From: Candidatus Altiarchaeota archaeon
GTDB taxonomy: Archaea > Altiarchaeota > Altiarchaeia > IMC4 > QMZM01
Reading direction: 5' to 3'
Assembly (NCBI GenBank): GCA_016931955.1
Contig: JAFGDV010000015.1
Location: 1 to 62,431 of the forward strand
DNA length: 62,431 nt
A program made the translations under genes and the position numbers. Positions within the stretch are counted from its first letter, which is position 1. Each line of letters opens with the position of its first letter. This document shows positions 1 to 8,430 of this stretch, one piece after another. Below the pieces are notes generated by a model. It searched no databases and was not told the DNA's origin. It worked only from the letters and a program-made list of their open reading frames with translations.

Positions 1-57
1 GACGTTCAACCTCCACAAGCAGACCCACAAACAAACCTGCTTAACTATACGTGAATA

Positions 58-77
58 CCGCCGACTTCAGTCGGCGG
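58..77. repeat. IS200/IS605-like subterminal hairpin
   Basis: Perfect 9-bp stem CCGCCGACT-TC-AGTCGGCGG; GACTTCAGTC core resembles IS200/IS605 end hairpins; related copy at 62369-62388. Confidence 0.55.
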
Positions 78-163
78 ATATTTATTTGTTTATTTTATTT
101 TTGTTTGAGAGAAAATAAGCCTTTCTTCTGTTTCTTGGTGGAATGTCGTTTGTTTTTGTTTTT

Positions 164-759
164 TTAGTTTTCTTTGGATTCTTTATAGAGTAGGGAGGTT
201 TCTAGGGTGATTGCAGGATGAACTTGAGTAGCATGTAGGAGAAGGTTGCGATTTCGTTCATGAAGAGGGCGGTGTCTATTGGCCATGTGATTTCTAGGAG
301 GCCTGCGATTAGTGCTGTTGTACCGAGTTGGTCTTTTGTTAGTATTAATCCTATTCCGAAGGCGATTCTGACTATTATATAGCATGCTCCGAGCTACTCC
401 ACGGACTAAGCAGACCAGACCTACTCCACACCACCAACATCCTAACCTTCATACTCCCCATCTTCTTCCTAATCTCTTACACCTACTCTCTAAAAGGCTA
501 CAAAACCATCGGAAAAACAACAAAAAACAAACTACTAAAAACAACACCCAACATACTAACAGCCATAACACTAATCTTCTTCCTAGGCGTCATCTTCACA
601 GCCTACCAAGGCAGCACCGGCAACTACAAACTCAAATCAGAAATGTTCCCCTACATCCTCTAGGTATGACATCTGGTTTATCGTCCAACAGATTAAGATA
701 AGGATTGAAATGATTCCTGCGTATGCTCCGTGTCTTAGTGTTTTGTCTATGTTAGACTA
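164..759 (-). pseudogene. Multi-pass membrane protein pseudogene disrupted by internal inversion (380-662), lost start and 1-bp deletion near 215
   Basis: Re-inverting 380-662 gives one continuous hydrophobic frame SNIDKTLRHGAYAGIISIL...MSYL/ACSELL...MFPYIL/YIIVRIAFGIG...; tail AITLETSLLYKESKEN lies in a shifted frame. Confidence 0.7.
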
Positions 760-888
760 TTATCTCTCAGTGTATTTAATCTCTTCTTTTATCATCTGCT
801 CTCCTATAGAATACTGTGGGTGAGCCTTGTTTCTGGGATGTGCTGAAGGGAAAAACGTCTTTAAAGCAAGCCAGACCTCAAAACGTCT

Positions 889-1200
889 ATTTTTAAATAC
901 AGAATACAGTATATTATGTATTAAATATAAATTAAAATTGAACATATTTGCCATAATCGACCTAATAAAGCAAATAAAGACGACACCCCATACAGTCCAC
1001 GCTCAACAGATAATCCCACTCAAAAAACCGGAGGTGCGGCCATGAACACTCTGTTGATGTCACACAACCACCAGGTGAACAAGTACGCGACCATGACAGA
1101 TGAAGGCCTAGAGGAGGAGGCAAAGTTCCACCGAGCCAAATTAGAGATAATCGAAGGCATCCGAAGAGCCAGAAAAAACAGAACATGGGACAAGAGACTA
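889..1200 (+). repeat. Copy 1 of duplicated AT-rich upstream region + small ORF
   Basis: Conserved blocks align with 5516-5827 at a constant 4627-bp offset. Confidence 0.9.
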
Positions 1201-1236
1201 TCCCATAGAAAACACCCGCATCCCTTAACGCAGTAA
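1042..1236 (+). CDS. Small hypothetical protein (paralog of 5669-5830)
   Basis: GGAGGTG Shine-Dalgarno at 1030-1036; 46/53 aa identical to the second copy, with many synonymous changes. Confidence 0.75.
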   Translation: MNTLLMSHNHQVNKYATMTDEGLEEEAKFHRAKLEIIEGIRRARKNRTWDKRLSHRKHPHPLTQ

Positions 1237-1265
1237 AAGAGCCCTCAAAGGCATGGGGGGATATT

Positions 1266-2012
1266 TCACTTGAAAAGCCAGCCCAGTAAGCCTTTATCCC
1301 CAAGCTCCTGCTGTGCGAGCTCCTGCAGGCGCGTCTGTTCTTCTTCAATCAACAGCATCTGTTCATCGATGAAGGCCTGAAATTCAGGATCATACTCTTC
1401 ACGGACACGTTGCAGCTGCTGAAGACGGACGCGGTTCTGATTCAACTCAGCCTGAATAGTTGCGGCAGCATTCTCTTCGCCGCCGAAGAAAAACCTCATC
1501 AAACCCGCCCTGTTCTGGATAGCCTCCTCAGCCTCAACAGTCTTATTCACGGAATTATCGAAGCCTCGAGCGATTGCGGAAATATTCTGCCCGATTCCGC
1601 CAGAGAAATTACCAGCCTCCCGCAGAGCAAGCAGATTCATCACAGCCTCCCTTACCGTGTTCTGGTTCCTGAAGACCTTCTGCTTATCCCGGTTGCTGAC
1701 GTTCTCAAGCCTTGATTCAAGAAGCTGCTTGTTCCCCAAGGTCTTATTTCGAAGCTGATCCAGGACTTGATCCTTCTCCGCCTTAGACATATTCTTGTGA
1801 ATCTGCAGACCAGCTGCATCAGATTTACCTGGAGCCTCTTTGCCTGAGGACTTATTATCCTTAGCGGATGCTGGGCTGTCTTTATCCACGCCCTGGCCCT
1901 TGACTTCCTTATCCTCCAAACCCGGTGGAGATGGATTCCCTCCCTTTTCAGCAAAGACTACAGCAGACAACAAGAGAACAAAAACCAAGGAAACAATGAT
2001 GAATCTTTTCAT
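1266..2012 (-). CDS. Secreted coiled-coil hypothetical protein
   Basis: Signal peptide MKRFIIVSLVFVLLLSAVVFA, charged helical body, C-terminal GLLGWLFK. Confidence 0.8.
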   Translation of the reverse strand: MKRFIIVSLVFVLLLSAVVFAEKGGNPSPPGLEDKEVKGQGVDKDSPASAKDNKSSGKEAPGKSDAAGLQIHKNMSKAEKDQVLDQLRNKTLGNKQLLESRLENVSNRDKQKVFRNQNTVREAVMNLLALREAGNFSGGIGQNISAIARGFDNSVNKTVEAEEAIQNRAGLMRFFFGGEENAAATIQAELNQNRVRLQQLQRVREEYDPEFQAFIDEQMLLIEEEQTRLQELAQQELGDKGLLGWLFK

Positions 2013-2066
2013 GTTAGCTTATTAGTAGAAGCGATATAAAAACTTACCGAAATCCCCAGATGCAGC

Positions 2067-2354
2067 TCACGCAGATGCCTTCGGAGGCTTCTGTTTAGGT
2101 TGCGGTTTCTCCACCACAGGTGGACAAACACGCCTCTCCCTCAAGGCGACGGCGAAAAAAACAAGACACGCCAAAAACGCGGAAAAAAACACGAGAATAT
2201 TATACAAAACAACCAAGCTAAGATAGAGTTGACCACAATCATCGCCAACCAAAGAAGCAGCCCCAGAATAAGACAAAGCAAACAACGCCAGATTAGCTAA
2301 AACAACAGTCAACACCGCAACCCCAAAACACTTAATGAAAGTCTTCAGATTCAT
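2067..2354 (-). CDS. Small two-TM membrane protein
   Basis: Two hydrophobic segments, 95 aa. Confidence 0.6.
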   Translation of the reverse strand: MNLKTFIKCFGVAVLTVVLANLALFALSYSGAASLVGDDCGQLYLSLVVLYNILVFFSAFLACLVFFAVALRERRVCPPVVEKPQPKQKPPKASA

Positions 2355-2459
2355 GCCAAAAAACCACCTAACTAATTACACCTAGGAGAAGAAACACTAT
2401 AAATGGAAGAAAATAATCCCCCCAAGGCTTGCTGAAGAAACAACCTCGACCAAAGACGA

Positions 2460-3296
2460 CTACTTACGGCGAAGATTTTGGTCCAACCAATAACAGAACA
2501 GATCAAAGCAGCCCAGATCCCTTATCTCCCCAAAGTCATACCTGTGAACCAGGAAAGAAACAAGACCCCTGATCTTGTTAACATTAAAAGGATACTCCAC
2601 CAAACCCTCGCCAAGAGAATCCGATTTTCTCAAAACAGACTTCATCAAGAAACCATAAACCCTCCTCGTCGAATCATTCAACAAAGGAAAATCCCTGTTC
2701 AAAGAATAAAACATGGGCGTAACAGACCTACACTGCAGCCCCTTGCTATAACTACCTGAATTGAACCTCCGAAGCAGCGAATCCAGATTACGGGGGTTCT
2801 CCACAAAACCCAAGACCAAGTCAAATAAGTGGTTAGCCAGCTTATTCCAATCTTGATCACCATAACCATACTCCGAGAAAAGCCCCTTCATGTTCACAAA
2901 AGAAGGCGCAACACTAAATCCGCTCTCACTGTTCGGGAGAAGCCTGAACAAAACAAGATTGGTGAAGTCATCAGAATCTCTATCCAAAGCTCTCAGTTTC
3001 TCAAAAATCTCTTGAATCTCCTGAGGCCTGCGCACAACAACATGATCCAAGTATCTCCTACCCTCATCGGTTTTCAGGAAACCACGAAAGCGCTCAATCA
3101 ATGAGTTGATATCAGGGGCTCCGACAAGTTCCTCATCCAAGTCAAACTCAGAAAGATTCTCCACAGATTCATCGACGACAGAGCCCCCCTCCTTAGCTTC
3201 ATCGACGACAGAAGTTTCCTCCTTCCAGGCACCCACATAATCGGTTAACCTGGCCTGAGGAGACTCCTCATCAATCCTTTTACGACCTGCTGTCAC
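2460..3296 (-). CDS. Hypothetical protein (acidic N-terminus + helical domain)
   Basis: 278-aa ORF with natural composition; GTG start preceded by GAGGGG. Confidence 0.7.
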   Translation of the reverse strand: MTAGRKRIDEESPQARLTDYVGAWKEETSVVDEAKEGGSVVDESVENLSEFDLDEELVGAPDINSLIERFRGFLKTDEGRRYLDHVVVRRPQEIQEIFEKLRALDRDSDDFTNLVLFRLLPNSESGFSVAPSFVNMKGLFSEYGYGDQDWNKLANHLFDLVLGFVENPRNLDSLLRRFNSGSYSKGLQCRSVTPMFYSLNRDFPLLNDSTRRVYGFLMKSVLRKSDSLGEGLVEYPFNVNKIRGLVSFLVHRYDFGEIRDLGCFDLFCYWLDQNLRRK

Positions 3297-3356
3297 GCAA
3301 TCCCCTCACTCTGTTTAACTAATGTAATCCCTTCGTTAAAAGACAGCCTGAAAGGG

Positions 3357-3766
3357 TCAGTTCTCAGCGAAGTCGTAGATGTTGTTGTCTACTATGACTT
3401 GGGGGAAACAGAATTCCTCAGCCATGGCGCCTATGCCGACTGGGACATAAATGGATCTGATTTCGCCGCCGACTGAGATGCAATCCGATAAGCTGACATT
3501 ATACCTGATAACCCTTACCGTGTACTGGGGGCATACATCAGAACATGGAAAAGAGACCCTGACTGGAACTCCGTTATGGTAGCCGATGATGTAATCCTCA
3601 AATATCATCTCCTCTTTGTTGAAAGAAGATCTAGCATAACGTAGTAATCCCTCATCAGACAAAGTTTCATTCGAAGGGATCTGTTTCTTGGACTCATACA
3701 AAAAAATACCCACAACGACAGATAAAAAACCAAAATCAAGACAAGATAAACGATTTCTTTTTCCAT
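3357..3766 (-). pseudogene. Membrane-anchored Cys-containing protein, frameshifted in a T6 tract (3724-3729)
   Basis: One added T joins ATG 3766 (MEKEIVYLVLILVFLSVVV) to ORF 3713-3357 (GIFLYESK...CSDVCP). Confidence 0.6.
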
Positions 3767-3900
3767 GAATAAGCTAAACCCTCCTGTTCATCTATGGAAG
3801 AGAGTCCTGATAAATAGTCAGAGAAGGCCGACTTTATTACTAAAAATAAGATAATTTCTGTAATTTACTATTTAAATATAAAATTTAATAATATATCACA

Positions 3901-4254
3901 TTGGCAATAAAACCCGACTGCCTAACAAAGGATAGCATAATCGAGATAAACAAACAATTCGAAAACGGAACCCTTAGAGATGAGAGAAGCCTAGACTTCA
4001 CAATATACAAGGTTTCAAGAACACAAGGCGTCAACAGAAAAGCAGCAACACTGTTAATAGAAATAGTCACAAAACACCCATTTATTGATGGAAACAAGAG
4101 AACGGCGATCGAGAGCATGAAAGCACTCCTAGCCATGCATGGAAAAGAAATAACAACAAAAGATAACACACTGTTTGACATGATATCCAGGATCACAAGC
4201 CAAAGATACACAACAGACGAGACAACAACCTGGATCGCAAACCACACAAAATGA
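3901..4254 (+). CDS. doc: Fic/Doc family toxin
   Basis: HPFIDGNKRT Fic/Doc motif, 117 aa; TTG start just downstream of a TATA-like TTTAAATATAAA. Confidence 0.85.
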   Translation: MAIKPDCLTKDSIIEINKQFENGTLRDERSLDFTIYKVSRTQGVNRKAATLLIEIVTKHPFIDGNKRTAIESMKALLAMHGKEITTKDNTLFDMISRITSQRYTTDETTTWIANHTK

Positions 4255-4379
4255 AAATAGTCGAAATGATGAAAATCAAACGCCCAGTCATACTGGCAGA
4301 ATGGGAAGACATCAAAGAATTCGTCAAAAAAGACATAAAAGAAAACAAGAAATTCTACAAAAAACTAGCGGAAATGTGA
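4251..4379 (+). CDS. Putative antitoxin peptide (42 aa), absent from the ORF track
   Basis: ATGA overlap with the doc stop; MKIVEMMKIKRPVILAEWEDIKEFVKKDIKENKKFYKKLAEM; C-terminus resembles Doc-neutralising helices. Confidence 0.6.
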   Translation: MKIVEMMKIKRPVILAEWEDIKEFVKKDIKENKKFYKKLAEM

Positions 4380-4487
4380 GACAAAAAGAATTCCTATAGA
4401 CAGGGCTTTTTATTTACGTGGTTTATGTAAATAGTTTAACATAGGTTGTCAGAGACAACAGGATGAGGATGTTCCTCCGCTGGAGAG

Positions 4488-4838
4488 TCACCTTAACAGA
4501 TCAGGGCGGAGCAGCCCATCCTTTGCAGGTTTATCCCCCTCGACCGGTTTCAATACAGTAAAGAAACGCTGAAAGAAATAAGCAAAAAGAGAGAGATACG
4601 AAGTCGCAAAAACCCAAAAATAGGCCTCCTCACCAATCCACACCCCCAACGGTGAGAGGATAGAATAGAGCCGCGGATACAAAACCCCAAATAAAAAGAA
4701 CAACACAAATAAAACAATGTAACTACTCCGGGATAGTATACACTTTCCACCGCATTTATCACAAATTATAACCTTCTTACTCTTACTTAAAGCAGAAGAA
4801 GAAATCTCCTTCCTGCAATGAGGACACTTAGCCATCAA
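4488..4838 (-). CDS. Zn-ribbon + two-TM membrane protein
   Basis: CPHC...CDKC followed by two hydrophobic helices. Confidence 0.7.
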   Translation of the reverse strand: MMAKCPHCRKEISSSALSKSKKVIICDKCGGKCILSRSSYIVLFVLFFLFGVLYPRLYSILSPLGVWIGEEAYFWVFATSYLSLFAYFFQRFFTVLKPVEGDKPAKDGLLRPDLLR

Positions 4839-4888
4839 TTAATCTATTATAGCCTACAGATAAATAGATGGGATTTTGTTTTCCTCGG

Positions 4889-5305
4889 TCAGCAGCATCC
4901 GGATTGTATCATGTCGATGCAGCCGTTGCATGATGTGTTCTTGTTTTTGATAGTCTGGAAGAATTCCCCGCAGGAAACCCGCACAAACCCGTCGTTTTCC
5001 CGCAGCTCGAAGAAATTATGGCAGCTCCCACATACACTGAAAGAATGAACAGCAAAACAAGCCTCCAATGTTTCCTCAGGAAAAGAAATCCCCGTAGACA
5101 ACTCATCCCTAGAATACTCAGTCGAATCAAAAAAACAATCCGACCCAAAACCATCAACGCAGTCGCCATGGCATACAATTTTCCCCTCAACCTCGCACAA
5201 ATCAATCACGTCCTGTGAAATCGTAAGATCAGAATCTATCGAAGAATCCCAAACACAACCACATAAAAAAATCAAAAACAGAACAGAAAAAACCCTCCAA
5301 TCCAT
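4889..5305 (-). CDS. Cys-rich putative lipoprotein
   Basis: Hydrophobic leader ending LCGC; many paired Cys. Confidence 0.7.
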   Translation of the reverse strand: MDWRVFSVLFLIFLCGCVWDSSIDSDLTISQDVIDLCEVEGKIVCHGDCVDGFGSDCFFDSTEYSRDELSTGISFPEETLEACFAVHSFSVCGSCHNFFELRENDGFVRVSCGEFFQTIKNKNTSCNGCIDMIQSGCC

Positions 5306-5354
5306 CCTAGTTAATCTATTAGGGAGATCACTATAAATATAAGGGAAGGGAGTA

Positions 5355-5517
5355 TTATTTTGTCTCCCGCTTTCTGGAATCTCTGCCTAGAATCTTATCC
5401 GGGAGATAGCTGAATCGGTGGATGATATATAAGAACGCGAAAAAAATTACAACCCCTACAATAGATCTAATAAAACCCAACTCCTGGATAAAACCAAAGC
5501 CACCCAAATATGTCCAT
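5355..5517 (-). pseudogene. Small membrane protein, frameshifted in a T4 tract (5490-5493)
   Basis: MDIFGWLWF / IQELGFIRSIVGVVIFFAFLYIIHRFSYLPDKILGRDSRKRETK; span is 163 bp (3n+1). Confidence 0.45.
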
Positions 5518-5827
5518 TTTTAAATAAATAATCTAGTATATTATATATTAAATATAAACTAATATCGAACATATTTGCCATCATCAGGCCAAAAACACTA
5601 CCAAGGATTACAACCCATACACTCCACACTCCCAAAATACCTACTCTTGAAAAACCGGAGGTGAAAATATGAATACATTACTGATGTCCTATAACCATCA
5701 GGTGAACAAGTACGCGACCATGACAGATGAAGGCTTAAAGGAAGAGGTAAGGTTTCACCGAGCCAAATTAGAGATCATCGAAGGCATCCTCGGTGCAAGA
5801 AAAAACAGGACATGGGATAAGAGGATA
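5516..5827 (+). repeat. Copy 2 of duplicated upstream region + small ORF
   Basis: Shares ATTTTTAAATA, AGTATATTAT, TATTAAATATAAA, GAACATATTTGCCAT and AAAAACCGGAGGTG with copy 1. Confidence 0.9.
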
Positions 5828-5830
5828 TAA
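5669..5830 (+). CDS. Small hypothetical protein (53 aa), absent from the ORF track
   Basis: MNTLLMSYNHQVNKYATMTDEGLKEEVRFHRAKLEIIEGILGARKNRTWDKRI; GGAGGTG SD at 5657-5663. Confidence 0.75.
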   Translation: MNTLLMSYNHQVNKYATMTDEGLKEEVRFHRAKLEIIEGILGARKNRTWDKRI

Positions 5831-5891
5831 CAAAAGGTCCATCAGATTACTGGCAGCAGCAATCCAATATCATAAAGAACCAAACAAAAGA

Positions 5892-6098
5892 CTATTCTCC
5901 TTCGAAGGAGAACAGTTCCTCGACGTATTCTCGGCCCAGGGCGCGCGTGATCCGGTAAGCTAAAAAAAGGCTTGGATTAAAGCGGCCATGCTCTAAGGCG
6001 TTGACGGTCTGCCGGGAAACGCCGACACGGTCAGCCAGCTGCTGCTGAGATAAACCAAGGCGCAGTCTCTCGCCGGCGACGAAGGACTTGAGCCTCAT
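5892..6098 (-). CDS. XRE-family HTH transcriptional regulator
   Basis: [29 protein letters not shown]; likely start ATG 6098. Confidence 0.9.
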   Translation of the reverse strand: MRLKSFVAGERLRLGLSQQQLADRVGVSRQTVNALEHGRFNPSLFLAYRITRALGREYVEELFSFEGE

Positions 6099-6148
6099 GT
6101 AAAGAATATGTGACATATGAGTATATAAATGTAAAAAATATATGACAT
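6097..6148. promoter_or_regulatory. Tandem pseudo-palindromic operators
   Basis: ATGTAAAGAATATGTGACAT (6097-6116) and ATGTAAAAAATATATGACAT (6129-6148) flank a TATATAA box. Confidence 0.6.
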
Positions 6149-6215
6149 CCACATAACAGGCCAAACAAACACACCCAGATATATACAGCTTCTGTTCTAT
6201 TATTATTGTTACTGA

Positions 6216-7103
6216 ATGGCAAAAATAGGAGTGCTTGAACTCAGGAGCGACAGATTCACAGAGGATGTTGTGTCCGGGCTCCAGGATTATGAGGTCGAAT
6301 TCCTCTCATTCGGGGAGCAGACCCTGCCGATAGAGTCCGACCTAAGAGTAGTGGTCGACCGACTAAGCTACTGCGACACCTACCTGAAAGAGATCGTAAA
6401 AAACCTGGCATTGGATGGCACATACGTGATAAACAACCCATTCTCTTCCACCACGATAAACAAGATACTGGAGACAAAACACTTCAAGTCAGTTAGGATA
6501 CAGCACCCTAAGACGTTCGCCCTGCCCAAGATGGACAACAGCGATCTAAAGGACATAGTACATGAACCCGACTGGGACAGGATCGCGGGAGAGATAAAGT
6601 TCCCATGCATAATCAAGCCATTCGACGGATACGCGTGGACCAACGTCTACAAGATCGAATCACTGGAAGACCTGAGACTACACCATGACGGGATGAAGAA
6701 CAACCACATACTCTTGGTGCAGAACATGGTGGATTTCGTCGACTACTACCGTGTATTCTGCATCGACAAAAAAGACGTGCTCATCTCCAAATGGAACCCG
6801 AAACCCTTCGACATGGGAAAATACATACACTCCGACCTGAAACAGATCGACGACCTGAGGACCAAGATCACCAAGTCGACGATAAGATTGAACAAACTAC
6901 TTGACTTAGACATAAACACCGTCGAATGGTGCATCACAGAAGACCGGGAAGCAGTGGTCATAGAAGCATTCAACGAGGTCCCAGACATCGTTCCAGCGCA
7001 CCTACCCCAACCATACTATAAATGGCTGGTGGAGAAATTCAGCGAATGCATAATAGACAAATACGAATCAGATAAGACAAACAAGACAATCTTCCGCCAC
7101 TGA
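6216..7103 (+). CDS. RimK-like ATP-grasp ligase
   Basis: VVVDRLS...[25 protein letters not shown] and EAFN motifs of the ATP-grasp fold. Confidence 0.8.
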   Translation: MAKIGVLELRSDRFTEDVVSGLQDYEVEFLSFGEQTLPIESDLRVVVDRLSYCDTYLKEIVKNLALDGTYVINNPFSSTTINKILETKHFKSVRIQHPKTFALPKMDNSDLKDIVHEPDWDRIAGEIKFPCIIKPFDGYAWTNVYKIESLEDLRLHHDGMKNNHILLVQNMVDFVDYYRVFCIDKKDVLISKWNPKPFDMGKYIHSDLKQIDDLRTKITKSTIRLNKLLDLDINTVEWCITEDREAVVIEAFNEVPDIVPAHLPQPYYKWLVEKFSECIIDKYESDKTNKTIFRH

Positions 7104-7131
7104 TTTATCTGATGCAATCCAATATCCCCCT

Positions 7132-7278
7132 ATGGCATCCGAGCTGCTGAAGGCCATAGTATTCCTGAGCCGGGTATTCATAGCATCCCTGGCCTTCTTC
7201 ACCATCGTATTCGACTACCTAATGCCAGAGAAAACGACGACTACAACTAATAAAACGACAACAACGACAACCACATAA
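7132..7278 (+). CDS. Small membrane peptide with poly-Thr tail (48 aa)
   Basis: MASELLKAIVFLSRVFIASLAFFTIVFDYLMPEKTTTTTNKTTTTTTT; mixed ACN codons. Confidence 0.55.
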   Translation: MASELLKAIVFLSRVFIASLAFFTIVFDYLMPEKTTTTTNKTTTTTTT

Positions 7279-7383
7279 TATGCCGAAAAATAGAGGACCA
7301 AGAGATATTAAATGAATGCTACGAAGAGATAATCTACAAATAAGGCGCGACTTTTTTTTTAAAAGGATACAATAGATAAGAAG

Positions 7384-8409
7384 ATGAAAAAACACTTGAT
7401 TCTATCTGGGGTAATAATCCTGATGCTGTCGAGTGCATGCCTCGACTTGGAGATGTTCGCCCCAGACCCCGACATACAGGCCGCAGTCAAAGCCGGAGAT
7501 CCGGAGTTATGCAAAAAGATCCCAGCAGACGAAAAAGACAGACTGGACAGATGCTACCAGGAAGTCGGCGTTAAAATAGAGAACCCAGAAGTATGCAAGA
7601 GGATACTGGACCAGAGCAGGAAAGACTACTGCTATACAGGGATCGCGGAAAAAACAGGAGACGAAACACTATGTGCGAATATAAAAGAGGACAGCAATAA
7701 TGCGGCACATTGTTACAGCCAGATGGCGGTCAAGAAAAAAGACGAAAAAATATGCGATAACCTGAAAGACGAAGGATACAGAGGCTCTTGCATAATAGAC
7801 GTCGCAGTCGAACTAAAAGCGCCCGCCAAGTGCATGAAGATAGGGGAAGGATTCTACAGGCAGAGATGCCTTAACAGGGCCGCAGCCGCAACAGGCCAAC
7901 AGGAGCTCTGTGCGGAAGTCGATGACATGGGGGAAAGAAACGCATGCTACTACACGATCGCGGCGAACAGCAAAGACAAAAGCCTCTGTGAAGAGATAAA
8001 GATAACAGGCGAGCCCGGCTTCGATGAATACAACGATGCAGTCGAAGCAAAAGACGGCTGCTATAAGTCAATAGGAGAAGCGACAAACGACGCGGAAGCA
8101 TGCAAAAAGATAAGCAACACCTACCAGAAAAGCTGGTGCCTCGAGCAAGTAGCAGCCGCGACAACCAACGAAAAAATATGTGAAGAAATAACCAGCACAC
8201 AATACGAAGACATGACCCTCACCCGGAACCGGTGCTACGAAAGAGTCGCCATAGGAAAACAAGACAAAAGCCTCTGCGAAAAAATAACCGATCCTGGATA
8301 CAGGGAAAGCTGCCTCAAATACATAGACGAAAATCCGACTACTACGACAACGCAAGCAAGCGGTGGCGGAGGACTCTGGTTCTTCGACGACTTCATGCAG
8401 TTCATATGA
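7384..8409 (+). CDS. Cys-repeat surface lipoprotein
   Basis: Lipobox-like LSSAC; about 11 CxxI-x(5-7)-CYxxxA repeats; Thr run near the C-terminus. Confidence 0.85.
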   Translation: MKKHLILSGVIILMLSSACLDLEMFAPDPDIQAAVKAGDPELCKKIPADEKDRLDRCYQEVGVKIENPEVCKRILDQSRKDYCYTGIAEKTGDETLCANIKEDSNNAAHCYSQMAVKKKDEKICDNLKDEGYRGSCIIDVAVELKAPAKCMKIGEGFYRQRCLNRAAAATGQQELCAEVDDMGERNACYYTIAANSKDKSLCEEIKITGEPGFDEYNDAVEAKDGCYKSIGEATNDAEACKKISNTYQKSWCLEQVAAATTNEKICEEITSTQYEDMTLTRNRCYERVAIGKQDKSLCEKITDPGYRESCLKYIDENPTTTTTQASGGGGLWFFDDFMQFI

Positions 8410-8430
8410 GAAAGTGACGAAATAAAAGTT

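Noticed and set aside
164-1045. ORF-track calls 164-385, 384-701, 760-954 and 827-1045
   Set aside because: Off-frame readings of the inverted pseudogene or of AT-rich promoter DNA
2460-3296. Restriction-system component
   Set aside because: Only a vague impression; no catalytic or NTPase motif that I can point to
1266-5517. Integron-like cassette array (same-strand small genes plus an inverted TA pair)
   Set aside because: No attC-like inverted cores seen in the spacers, no integrase, and most genes appear to have their own TATA-like box
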